Below, one piece after another: positions 1 through 14,056 of a stretch of DNA of 57,458 nucleotides. Source of the DNA: Lysobacteraceae bacterium (GTDB lineage: Bacteria > Pseudomonadota > Gammaproteobacteria > Xanthomonadales > BPKI01); contig DAOMOD010000003.1 in the NCBI GenBank assembly GCA_035444205.1, forward strand, positions 1,503 through 58,960, in the 5' to 3' direction. The notes under the pieces are model-generated. The model was given only the letters and a program-made list of their open reading frames with translations. It did not search any database and was not told where the DNA came from. The position numbers and the translations under genes were made by a program. Position 1 is the first letter of the stretch. Each line of letters starts with the position of its first letter.

Positions 1-3000
1 CGGCGATCCAGGGCGTGAGCTGGGTGGTGGGGTAGCCGTCGCCCGGCCACAGGCTGAAGTGGCCATTGGCCTGCTGCATGCTGGAGATGCGCGCAAAGGC
101 ATCGGCCAGCCAGCGCTGACGCGTCGCTTCCTCGACCGGAGCAATGCCGAGACGCCCGGCGCCCTCGGCGTCGAGCCACAACAGGGCGAAGGCGCGGCTT
201 GCGGTCTGTTCCAGGCAGCCGTAGGGATAGCCGACCAGCCCTTCCACGGCAGCGGCAAACGGCAGCGGCGGCAGCGTGGAGGCGCTGACGCGCAGCACCG
301 CCGAACCCGGCTGCAGCCCGGCCACGGCATCGGCGCCGAAGCGCAGGGTTTCCGGCTGCTCCAGCTTGCGCTGGCGACTGCGCCGTTCGATTGGCCAGGG
401 CGATCGCACCGGCAGCGTGTAGGCGCGTTCGATGACGTTGTCGCCGAGTTCGGCATGGATGCGCATGCGACCGAGTCCGTGACCGGGTCCGCCGCGCAGG
501 TCGAAGCCGAACGTGCGCTTCTCGCCGTCGGCGAGATCCACCGGCTCGACGCGGCCGAGTACCTCGGCCAGGGCATCGCCTTCCGCACGCAGCGTGAGCC
601 TTCCCGCGGCACCGCTGAAATTCTGCACGTCGATGGTCAGTCGGGCGCGGTCGCCGGGGGCCAGCACGCGCGGGCTGCTCGCCTCGACCACCAGCGGCGC
701 ACGCACGCGCATCTGCGTTTCTACCGCGGCGTAGTCGCTTTCACCGAAGGCCAGCGCCGCGAGGCGCAGGGTGCCATTGAAGTCGGGCAGGGTGAACTCG
801 ACGCGGGCACGCCCCGACCCGTCGACCGCCACCGGGCCCTCGAACAGGTCGACGATGGCGATTTCGGCGGTCGGACGTCGCGCTTGCGGCAGTGCGGCGA
901 TGAGCGCGGCGTCGCCGCCGTAGCGCAGGCGCGCGCGTCGGCCCGCCAGGTCCTCGATGATGCGACCGTACAGATCGCGTGCCTCGATGCCCAGGCCGCG
1001 CCGCGCGAAGAAATGCGCGGCCGCGTCCGGCAACGGATAGCGGGTGATGTTGATGACGCCGAGATCGACCGCACTGAGCGCCACCCGCGCCTGCTTTCCG
1101 GCCAGCGCCGGCACGTGGATATCGATCCCGACGCGGTCGCCGGGACGACTGGAAGGTGGCGCCTCGATGTGCGCCTCCACACGGCGCTCGCTGCGATCCA
1201 TCGGCACATGCACCATGCCGACGGCGCGCGTCGGCGTGATGCGCGAGCCTCTTTCGCCGGGACGCAGGGTAAGCACGCTGATGTAGACATCGTGGCGCTC
1301 CCACTCCGGCGTTACCTTGAGCTTGAGCTTGCCGCCGGCGCGGGCCTGGAAATTCTCGCTGTGCAGCAGGCGGTCGGACTCGACCAGTAGCACGGCGGGT
1401 CCCGGATAGGGCGGGGTGATGGTGAGGTCCACTTCCTCCCCGGCGCGGTAGCGGTCGCGGTCGAGTGCCAGCTTGACGCGGTCGGGACGCGCGTCGTCGC
1501 CACGATTGAGGTCGCTGTAGCCCCAGCCGGCGCGGAACGGCAGGCGCATGGTGAGACCGGAGTCGGGATCGTCGACCTCCAGCCGGTAGTCGCCCCAGTC
1601 GAGGTTGAACTCGATGCGCGCAGGACCCTCGGCGCGCAGTGGCACCTCGCGGCTCTCCACCACATCGAAGCGGCGCACGAAATCGCTGCGCCAGCCGCCC
1701 TCGGGCAGGAACGACCAGAAATACTCGCGCCGCTCGCGCACCAGACGGGCGGTCAGTGTGCCGGCGCCGCGCGCGCTGCCATCCATGCCGTAACGCTGGA
1801 TCTCGAAACCGGCGCGGCTGCGCACCTCGGCGCCTTCCTTCAGGTCGAATTGCGGACGCACACCGACCAGCGCCGGCGCCGGCCACACGATGCGCTTCAG
1901 ACTGCGGTTGACCGCCCGCCCGCCGCTCTCGAACACGCTGCCGGAAAGCACCAGCGCCAAGGGGCCGGCGGCCACGGCGGGCGCCTGCAGGAACACTTCG
2001 CCTTGCCCTGCGTCGTCCAGCCGGATCTCGCCCAGTTCGACCGGCTCGCCCGGCAGTTCCTGCAGTGGATCGCCAAAGTGCCAGCCACGCAGCTCGACCA
2101 GCGGATGCGCCTCGTGGGCGGTCAGCAGGCGTGCGCTGAAGCGATTGCCGGCGGCGGGCGCGCCGTACAGGTAGGCGGCCTCCACCTGGACCGGCAGGGT
2201 CTCGCCGGGCGCCAGCGGCCGTTCTTCGGCGGCAAGGTCGAGCTTGAGCCGTTCGGGCAGGAACTCCTCGATGCGCAGCGTCATGCTGGCGTGGGCCTGG
2301 CTGGCCGAAGGATCGAGACGCATCTCCACGGTCCAGCGTCCGGTCGGCACATCGGCCGGCAAGGCGCGCTGGAACTGGTAGAAACCGAGGTCTTCCGGCT
2401 CCAGCCGGAAACTCAGGAAGCTGCGTCCGTCAGGTTGCCTCAGGGTTCCGAACAGTGGCTGCGCTGCGGGCAGCGTGCGGCCGTCGAAATCGCGCAGCAG
2501 GGCCATCACGCGCACCGCCTCGCCGGGCCGATACAGGTCGCGACCGGACCACAGGAAAACCTCGGCCGCGCGCTGCGGGCGCCCCGCCACCTCGAACTCG
2601 GAGAGATCGAGCGCCGGCTGGTTGAATGGCAGCCAGGCGACATCACGGCCGCGTCGGGCCAGCAGCACGTGACCGCTCTGCAGGCGGTAGTCGAGTCGCG
2701 CCTGGCCGCGCGCATCGGTGCCGGCGCTGGCGATGCGTCGACCTTGCGCATCCTGCACCTCAAGTGCCACGCCCGACTGCGCCTCGCCGGTTGCCAGTGA
2801 AGCGACATGCACCCACAGCCCGTCGGCGTGTCCGCGCACATGCATGCCGAGATCGCTGACGAAGAAGAAGGTAGTGTCCTGCTGCCATGGAAAACTGCCG
2901 GCGCGCTTCATCACCGCGAAGTAGACGCCGGGCTCGCGCAGCTCGGCGATGGTATGCACGGGGATGTGGCTGACTGCGCGCTCGCCGCCGCGGGTTTCCA

Positions 3001-3655
3001 GGGCGAAGCGTCCGGCATAGACCGGGTCGGCCATGGCGGCAATCTGTTCAAGTTCCCAACTTCCTCGCTGGCCGCTGCGTGGACGGTTGGCGAAGAAGGT
3101 GGGCACGCGCGCGTCCTTGAGACGCAGGAATTCGATGTCGACCTCGCGCACGTTGACGCTGACGATGGGCAGGCCGTCGCTGTTGCGTATCGGCAGCACC
3201 ACGCCGGAACTGGCGAAACCGACCGAAGGCGGCAGCGGGCCGGAATGCAGCGACAGCGGTTCGAGATCGCCGATCAGGCGGCCATCGGCGGCCATCAGCC
3301 CGGCGTCGATCTCTACCCGGTAGTCGCGTGCCGCCTCGACAAAGGGAAATCGCAGCGTGGCGAGATCCTCATCCAGCATCCAGCTACCCTCGATCGCCTG
3401 GTCGTCGGCACCGCCGACCGCCAACAACTCGTCGAAATGCTGGGCGCCTGCCAGCGGCTGCGAAAAACGCAGGTACAGCGCGGGACGGCCCTGCCAGGGC
3501 TCGGCTCCGGAGTCGACCAGCACGAATTCGCTGATTTCGATCCTTGCTTCCTTCGCCTCGGTGACCGTGGCGGGTGCGTCCTGCCGGCAGGCGACGAGCG
3601 CGAGCACGAGCAACAGGACAGGGGTGCAGCGCATCAACATCGCGGAACGGACCAT
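1..3655 (-). CDS. alpha-2-macroglobulin family lipoprotein (YfhM-like); N-terminal ~1218 codons, continues beyond the left edge
   Basis: Not in the ORF track because it has no stop in the window. Manual reverse translation from ATG 3655 (alternatives 3640/3634) stays open to nt 1. The N-terminus MVRSAMLMRCTPVLLLVLALVAC is a lipoprotein signal (lipobox LVAC). The thioester motif GYPYGCLEQTASR is in frame, with CLEQT encoded by 203-217 at about residue 1147. ORFs listed within 59-3709 are shadow frames. Confidence 0.85.
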   Translation of the reverse strand, partial: MVRSAMLMRCTPVLLLVLALVACRQDAPATVTEAKEARIEISEFVLVDSGAEPWQGRPALYLRFSQPLAGAQHFDELLAVGGADDQAIEGSWMLDEDLATLRFPFVEAARDYRVEIDAGLMAADGRLIGDLEPLSLHSGPLPPSVGFASSGVVLPIRNSDGLPIVSVNVREVDIEFLRLKDARVPTFFANRPRSGQRGSWELEQIAAMADPVYAGRFALETRGGERAVSHIPVHTIAELREPGVYFAVMKRAGSFPWQQDTTFFFVSDLGMHVRGHADGLWVHVASLATGEAQSGVALEVQDAQGRRIASAGTDARGQARLDYRLQSGHVLLARRGRDVAWLPFNQPALDLSEFEVAGRPQRAAEVFLWSGRDLYRPGEAVRVMALLRDFDGRTLPAAQPLFGTLRQPDGRSFLSFRLEPEDLGFYQFQRALPADVPTGRWTVEMRLDPSASQAHASMTLRIEEFLPERLKLDLAAEERPLAPGETLPVQVEAAYLYGAPAAGNRFSARLLTAHEAHPLVELRGWHFGDPLQELPGEPVELGEIRLDDAGQGEVFLQAPAVAAGPLALVLSGSVFESGGRAVNRSLKRIVWPAPALVGVRPQFDLKEGAEVRSRAGFEIQRYGMDGSARGAGTLTARLVRERREYFWSFLPEGGWRSDFVRRFDVVESREVPLRAEGPARIEFNLDWGDYRLEVDDPDSGLTMRLPFRAGWGYSDLNRGDDARPDRVKLALDRDRYRAGEEVDLTITPPYPGPAVLLVESDRLLHSENFQARAGGKLKLKVTPEWERHDVYISVLTLRPGERGSRITPTRAVGMVHVPMDRSERRVEAHIEAPPSSRPGDRVGIDIHVPALAGKQARVALSAVDLGVINITRYPLPDAAAHFFARRGLGIEARDLYGRIIEDLAGRRARLRYGGDAALIAALPQARRPTAEIAIVDLFEGPVAVDGSGRARVEFTLPDFNGTLRLAALAFGESDYAAVETQMRVRAPLVVEASSPRVLAPGDRARLTIDVQNFSGAAGRLTLRAEGDALAEVLGRVEPVDLADGEKRTFGFDLRGGPGHGLGRMRIHAELGDNVIERAYTLPVRSPWPIERRSRQRKLEQPETLRFGADAVAGLQPGSAVLRVSASTLPPLPFAAAVEGLVGYPYGCLEQTASRAFALLWLDAEGAGRLGIAPVEEATRQRWLADAFARISSMQQANGHFSLWPGDGYPTTQLTPWIA

Positions 3656-4078
3656 GGTGTCGGGTTCCCTGGAAGCCAAGGTTGCAGGAATGGAAGCGAA
3701 ACGCCGTGAGTATAGGGCCGCGGGCGGTGTCATCCGGCAGGCGATTGCGGCGGAAGCGTGGCGCCGGCAGGGCGGTGTGACGACGGATGCGGAGGCGCCG
3801 GAAACCGTGATCCAGATCACAGATTCTGGAAATGTCATACCGACTGTCGACCTTGGGATACCGCATGTCGGCATCGCGGGCATGTCGCAAGCGGCCGCTT
3901 GGCACCCATTGGCGCGCAAGCTCTTGTCTCGATACCGGATTCACCTTCGTCAAGACTTTGCGCAACGCAGCATGCGCCGAGTCCGTAGCGTGATAGCTTG
4001 CCCGCGCTTTTCGGGGGGGACTGACTGGGCGCACGGACGAACGCGTATGCCCAACAACTGAAGTTTCGGGGGTTATCC

Positions 4079-5911
<1,833 letters not shown>

Positions 5912-5938
5912 TCGGCAACCGGAAACACACGTCTCCAC

Positions 5939-5970
5939 AACGCCCCGGCTCGCCGGGGCGTTGTTTTTTT
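5939..5970 (+). terminator. rho-independent terminator after the S8 protease gene
   Basis: Stem aacgccccgg / ccggggcgtt with loop ctcg, followed by ttgttttttt, 28 nt after the TAA stop. Confidence 0.8.
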
Positions 5971-6118
5971 CGGGCTTCGCGTTGCGCCGGACCAGCGCTG
6001 CGGATCGTGACCTTCGGCAAGGGTTTTTTCACCACAAGTAGCTCACCATGGTGATCATGGCGACTGCATTCGGCGCAGGGATTCGTGACGTCGCCGTGGA
6101 ATCGCCCTTGGGGTAACG

Positions 6119-7263
6119 ATGAAACCGATCCTGTTCAGATATCTGCTTGCGCTGCCCGTGCTGGTGGCGCTTACCGCCTGCCAGAGGGACGGCGGCGCGA
6201 CCGAGGAGGGCGCGCCGGCTGCACCGACCATCGCCGTGGAGGCCAGCCTGGTTGCCTTGCGCCCGGTGGTGGCGAGCTATACCGGTACCGCCACGCTGGA
6301 GGCCGAGCGCGAGGCGCAGGTGGTGGCCAAGACCTCGGGTGTACTGCTTCACCTGCGCGCCGAAGAGGGTGACCAGGTGCGCGCCGGCCAGGTGCTGGCC
6401 CGCCTGGACGATGAACGCCACCGGCTGGAACTGGCCCGCGCCGAAGCCAACGTGGCGCGACTGGAGAACGAATTCCGCCGTTCCAACGAGCTGATCGAGG
6501 CACGCCTGACCTCGCAGGAGGCGCACGATCGCGTGCGTTACGAACTCGACACCCAGCGCGCCCTGCGCGACATGGCGGCGCTGGAGCTGTCCTACACCGA
6601 CATCGTGGCGCCGATCGACGGTGTGATCACCGACCGCCTGGTCAAGGAAGGCAATCTGATCCAGTTGAACCAGCCCATGTTCCGGGTCGCCAATTTCCGT
6701 CCCCTGCTCGGCGTGCTCAGCGTGCCCGAGCGCGAACTGGCGCGCCTCGGCGCCGGCCTGCCGGTGACCATGGCGGTCGATGCGCTGGGACCGATGCGTT
6801 TCGAGGGCAAGGTGGCGCGCGTCAGCCCCTCGGTGGACGCGGCCACCGGCACCTTCCGCGTCACCGCCGAGTTCGACGATCCGAGCGGCATGCTCAAGGC
6901 CGGCATGTTCGGCCGGCTGGCCGTGGTGTACGACCGTCGTGAGGCGGCGCTGACCATGTCGCGCGAGGCGCTGATCGAGGAGGACGGCCGCTTCTTCGCC
7001 TTTCGCGTGCGCGATCATCGCGCCGAGCGCGTGCCGATCCGCACCGGTTACGCCAGTGGCGGCTTCATCGAGGTGCTGGAGGGCCTGGAAGAGGGCGATT
7101 ACGTGGTTACCGTGGGTCGTGCCGCGCTGCGCGAGAGCGCCCTTGTGCAGATCGTCGGTGGCGACGTGCCGCCCGCATCGGAATCGACCGTGGATGCCGA
7201 GTCCGCCCCCGAAAGCGACACCGGTGCTCCCGCCGGCGAAGTCCCGGCCGCGGAGGAACCGGC

Positions 7264-7267
<4 letters not shown>
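6119..7267 (+). CDS. RND efflux periplasmic adaptor (membrane fusion protein, HlyD/AcrA family), lipoprotein
   Basis: Lipobox in MKPILFRYLLALPVLVALTAC. Lipoyl-like hairpin (VRAGQVLARLDD), a coiled-coil segment and a beta-barrel region typical of MFPs. The stop overlaps the next gene's start (ATGA). Confidence 0.9.
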
Positions 7268-10557
<3,290 letters not shown>

Positions 10558-10572
10558 TGTGTCACCACTCCT

Positions 10573-10690
10573 GTAGGAGCGCACCGTGTGCGCGACCGCT
10601 TCTTCGTCTCGGTGCCATCGATCTGTCGCGCACCGGGTGCGCTCCTGCAGGGTTGCGCTTTGATGGGAGCCCACTCGCGGGCGACCCGAC
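10573..10690. repeat. REP-like cluster (GTAG-headed GC-rich hairpins) between the two RND genes
   Basis: GTAGGAGCGCACCGTGTGCGCGAC at 10573-10596 and an inverted, near-identical copy at 10625-10650. Each unit holds a GCGCAC-N3-GTGCGC hairpin. A third variant (GGAGCCCAC...GGCGACCCG) lies at 10666-10690 and is related to 13863-13889. Confidence 0.6.
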
Positions 10691-10756
10691 ACCTTGTCTG
10701 AGTGGACCAACTGTCGCCACGGCGTGGGCATGGGCAGCGGTTGGGGGTCTGCGCCC

Positions 10757-13700
10757 ATGAACATCGCCGAATTCAGTCTGCGCCGTCCGGTCACCGCCTT
10801 CATGCTGTTCGTGTCGATGATGGCCATCGGCCTGATCGCCGCGTTCCGCCTGCCGCTGGAGTTCTTCCCCTCGGTGGATGCGCCCTTCCTGTTCGTGCAG
10901 GTGCCGTATCCCGGTTCCACGCCCGAGGAGGTCGAGCAGCAGATCACCCGGCCGGTGGAGGAAGTGCTGGCGACGCTCAGCGGTATAGAGCGCATCAACT
11001 CGAACTCGATGGCCGACAACGCCAACGTGTTCATCATGTTCAAGTGGGGCACCGACATCGGCGTGCGCGCGGTCGAGGCACGCGACCGGCTGGACGCCGC
11101 GCGCAGCTCGCTGCCGACCGACGTGCGTCGCATCAACCTGTTCAAGTGGAACACCAGCGACGCACCGGTGCTCAATATCCGCATCTCCAGTCGCACCCAG
11201 GATCTCGACAACGCCTACGACCTGCTGGAGCAGAATCTGAAGCGTCCGGTCGAGCGCATTCCCGGCGTGGCGCGCGTCATGCTGCACGGCGTGGAGCCGC
11301 GCGAGGTGCAGATCGAGCTGTCGGCCGATCGTCTGAGCGCGCACGGCGTGTCGCTGAATGAACTGGCGGTACGCCTTCAGCAGGCCAATTTCGCCAGCTC
11401 GGCGGGGCTCATCAGCGACGGCCCGACGCGCTGGCGGGTGCAGCCGGTGGGCGAGCTGCGTTCGCTCGACGAGGTGCGTGCCCTGCCCATCGGCGGACCT
11501 GGCCTGCGCCTGGGCGATGTCGCCGAGGTGACGCTGAAGTCGCGCGTGCGCGACTACGAACGCCGCCTCGAGGGTCGCTACGCGATCGGTCTGGAGGTGT
11601 TCAAGGAGAGCGACGCCAACCTGGTCGAGGTGGGCTTCGCGGTGCTTGCCGAGGTCGAACGCATCGGCAAGCTGCCGGAATTCGACGGCATCGACCTCAT
11701 GTTCTTCGACAACCAGGCGGAGGGCGTCACCAGTTCCCTGGCGGAGCTTGCCCGTGCCGGTCTGATCGGCCTGCTGCTGGCGCTGGTGGTGCTGTACATG
11801 TTCCTGCGCCACTGGCCGTCGACCCTGATGGTGGCGCTCGCCATTCCGGTGTGCATGGTGATCACGCTGGGTTTCATGTACTTCTTCGGCATCTCGCTCA
11901 ACATCCTGTCGATGATGGGGCTGTTGCTCGGTGTCGGCATGCTGGTGGACAACGCGGTGGTGGTTACCGAGAGCATCTACCAGGTACGCGAAAAACATCC
12001 CGACCGGCCCGCCTGGAGCGCGGTGACCGGGGCCAGGGCGGTGACCCTTGCGATCAGCGCCGGCACCCTGACCAGCATCGTGGTGTTCGCTCCCAACATC
12101 TTCGGCGAGAAGAACTTCCTAACCATCTATCTGTCGCAGGTGGCGATCACCATCACCATCGCGCTGCTCGCCTCGTGGCTGGTGGCGGTAAGCCTGATCC
12201 CGCTGATCTCCTCGCGCATCAAGTCGCCGCCCCGGCCCAAGTCCGGGGGTTTCAGCGAACGCTTCCGCAACGCCTACGCGCGCATGCTCGACTGGACGCT
12301 TGGCCACCGCGGCTGGGTGATGCTGGGCATCGTCGCGCTGGTGGTGGTGAGCATGGTGGTACCGATGGCGGGCACCAAGAAGGACATGTTTCCGCCCGAC
12401 CAGCAGCGCACCCTGCGTCTCGACTACACCTTGAACGCCAATTATCTGCTGCCTGAGCTGCGCGAGTCGGTGAAGCAGGTCGAGGCATATCTCGAAGCCA
12501 ACCGCGAGCGCTTCGAGATCGAGACCATCTACAGCTACTTCAACGAAACAGGTGGCGCCTTCACCCAGATGGTGCTGATTCCGCAGGAGCGGGCGCGCAA
12601 GGCCAGTTCGCTGATCATCGAGGAGGTGCGTGAAGGTCTGCCGAAGATCGCCGTTGGCGAGGTCGGCTTCCGCCAGATGCGCATGGGCGCCAGCGAAGGA
12701 CTGGTAGTCTCCATCATCGGCGACTCGACCAGCACACTGGCCGAGCTGGAGCGGCCGGTGATGGAAGCCCTGAACAGCGTGCCTGGCCTGCGCGACGTGC
12801 GTTCCGAACTCGGACGCGGCGCCGGCGAGATGCGCGTGCGCGTGGACCGCGATCGCGCCGCCCAGTATGGCTTCAGCGCCGAGGAGGTCGGCCGATACGT
12901 GGGCATCGCGTTGCGTGGCTTGCAACTGCGCGAGTATCGCGGCGCCGAGGGCGAGGTGCCGATGTGGGTGCGATTCCAGGACAGCGACCGCCAGAGCACG
13001 GCCAGCCTCGGCGACTTCAAGATCCAGAACTCGGCAGGCGAGCAGATTCCGTTGCTGGCGCTGGTGGACATCGACAGCGTGCCGGGTCCGCGCAGCATCC
13101 AGCGCCAGCAGCGCCAGACCGGCCTGCGCTTCAATGCCAATCTGGCCGAGGGTTCCACCATGCCCGACGTGCGCAAGGCCATCGAGACGCGCATGAACGC
13201 GTTGAGCCTGCCGCCGGGTTACCGCTGGAGCTTCGGGGGCGGCTTCAGCGACGCCGATACCGCCGGCGAGCAGATGATGTTCAATACGCTGATCGCGGTG
13301 CTGCTGATCTTCATCGTGATGGCGGCGGTGTTCGAGTCGCTGCTGTACCCGCTGGCCATCGTCACCGCCATCGGTTTTTCCATCCTCGGCGTGTTCTGGT
13401 TCTTCTTCCTCACCGGCACCACCTTCTCGCTGATGGCCTCGATCGGCATCCTGATCCTGATCGGTGTGGTGGTGAACAACGGCATCGTTCTGGTCGAGCA
13501 CGTCAACAACCTGCGTCACCAGGGACTGAGCCGCCATGACGCCCTGGTGCAGGGCTGCCGCGACCGCCTGCGCCCGATCCTGATGACTGTAGCCACCACG
13601 GTGCTCGGCATGCTGCCGCTGGCGATCAGCGGTACCCAGCTTGGCGGCGGCGGCCCGCCGTACTTTCCGATGGCACGCGCCATCATTGGCGGTCTGATCT

Positions 13701-13828
13701 TCTCCACCGTGATCAGTCTGGTGGTGTTGCCGACGCTGTATACCGTACTCGACGACATGCGCCTGGCCACCGGCCGCATCATCCGCGACGCCCGCGCCGG
13801 CCGCCTGCGCCCGCAGTCGGCGGGTTGA
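10757..13828 (+). CDS. RND efflux transporter permease, paralog 2
   Basis: The ORF track frame begins at 10694. ATG 10757 gives the canonical RND N-terminus MNIAEFSLRRPVTAFMLFV. TM4-like motif LLLGVGMLVDNAVVVTESI. About 1023 aa. Confidence 0.9.
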   Translation: MNIAEFSLRRPVTAFMLFVSMMAIGLIAAFRLPLEFFPSVDAPFLFVQVPYPGSTPEEVEQQITRPVEEVLATLSGIERINSNSMADNANVFIMFKWGTDIGVRAVEARDRLDAARSSLPTDVRRINLFKWNTSDAPVLNIRISSRTQDLDNAYDLLEQNLKRPVERIPGVARVMLHGVEPREVQIELSADRLSAHGVSLNELAVRLQQANFASSAGLISDGPTRWRVQPVGELRSLDEVRALPIGGPGLRLGDVAEVTLKSRVRDYERRLEGRYAIGLEVFKESDANLVEVGFAVLAEVERIGKLPEFDGIDLMFFDNQAEGVTSSLAELARAGLIGLLLALVVLYMFLRHWPSTLMVALAIPVCMVITLGFMYFFGISLNILSMMGLLLGVGMLVDNAVVVTESIYQVREKHPDRPAWSAVTGARAVTLAISAGTLTSIVVFAPNIFGEKNFLTIYLSQVAITITIALLASWLVAVSLIPLISSRIKSPPRPKSGGFSERFRNAYARMLDWTLGHRGWVMLGIVALVVVSMVVPMAGTKKDMFPPDQQRTLRLDYTLNANYLLPELRESVKQVEAYLEANRERFEIETIYSYFNETGGAFTQMVLIPQERARKASSLIIEEVREGLPKIAVGEVGFRQMRMGASEGLVVSIIGDSTSTLAELERPVMEALNSVPGLRDVRSELGRGAGEMRVRVDRDRAAQYGFSAEEVGRYVGIALRGLQLREYRGAEGEVPMWVRFQDSDRQSTASLGDFKIQNSAGEQIPLLALVDIDSVPGPRSIQRQQRQTGLRFNANLAEGSTMPDVRKAIETRMNALSLPPGYRWSFGGGFSDADTAGEQMMFNTLIAVLLIFIVMAAVFESLLYPLAIVTAIGFSILGVFWFFFLTGTTFSLMASIGILILIGVVVNNGIVLVEHVNNLRHQGLSRHDALVQGCRDRLRPILMTVATTVLGMLPLAISGTQLGGGGPPYFPMARAIIGGLIFSTVISLVVLPTLYTVLDDMRLATGRIIRDARAGRLRPQSAG

Positions 13829-13861
13829 TCTTGCATCCAACCCACAGGGAACAGCTCTTGC

Positions 13862-14013
13862 AGGAGCCCACCTTGTAGGCGACCCGCGGTGCGGCATCGA
13901 TGCGACGGGACGGTCGCGCACGGGGTGCGCTCCTACAAGGGCGGAGCTTGCTCCGCTCCAGGCCTTGCGGCACTCCGCAACGTCTGAGCCGAGCAAGCTC
14001 GGCTCTACGAAAA
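13862..14013. repeat. REP cluster (several GTAG-headed hairpins) in a convergent intergenic region
   Basis: Units: GTAGGCGACCCGCGG... (13875 onward); gtcgcgcacggggtgcgctcctac (13913-13936, minus orientation); GCGGAGCttgCTCCGC hairpin (13941-13956); gagccgagcaagctcggctctac (13986-14008). The stretch 13941-14013 is ~90% identical by eye to 50939-51010. Confidence 0.65.
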
Positions 14014-14035
14014 GCCCACACGTCGCGACGCTTTT

Positions 14036-14056
14036 CCCGAGTCCCGAGTCCCGAAC
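14036..14056. repeat. heptanucleotide tandem repeat (CCCGAGT x2 plus CCCGAAC)
   Basis: cccgagt cccgagt cccgaac read directly, abutting the TAG stop (14056-14058) of the minus-strand DUF349 gene. Confidence 0.4.

Noticed and set aside
59-3709. Track ORFs 59-1390(+), 741-1886(-), 1850-2800(+), 2807-3709(+) and smaller ones
   Set aside because: All lie inside the alpha-2-macroglobulin gene, in antisense or alternative frames. Their translations are Arg/Ala/Gly/His-rich low-complexity sequences typical of high-GC shadow ORFs. The true frame is open across the whole interval and carries the lipobox and CLEQT motifs.
3900-3915. Sigma54-like TGGCAC element upstream of the S8 protease
   Set aside because: The spacing to the downstream GC is GG-N9-GC rather than GG-N10-GC, there is no TTGC -12 element, and no enhancer-binding protein gene is nearby.
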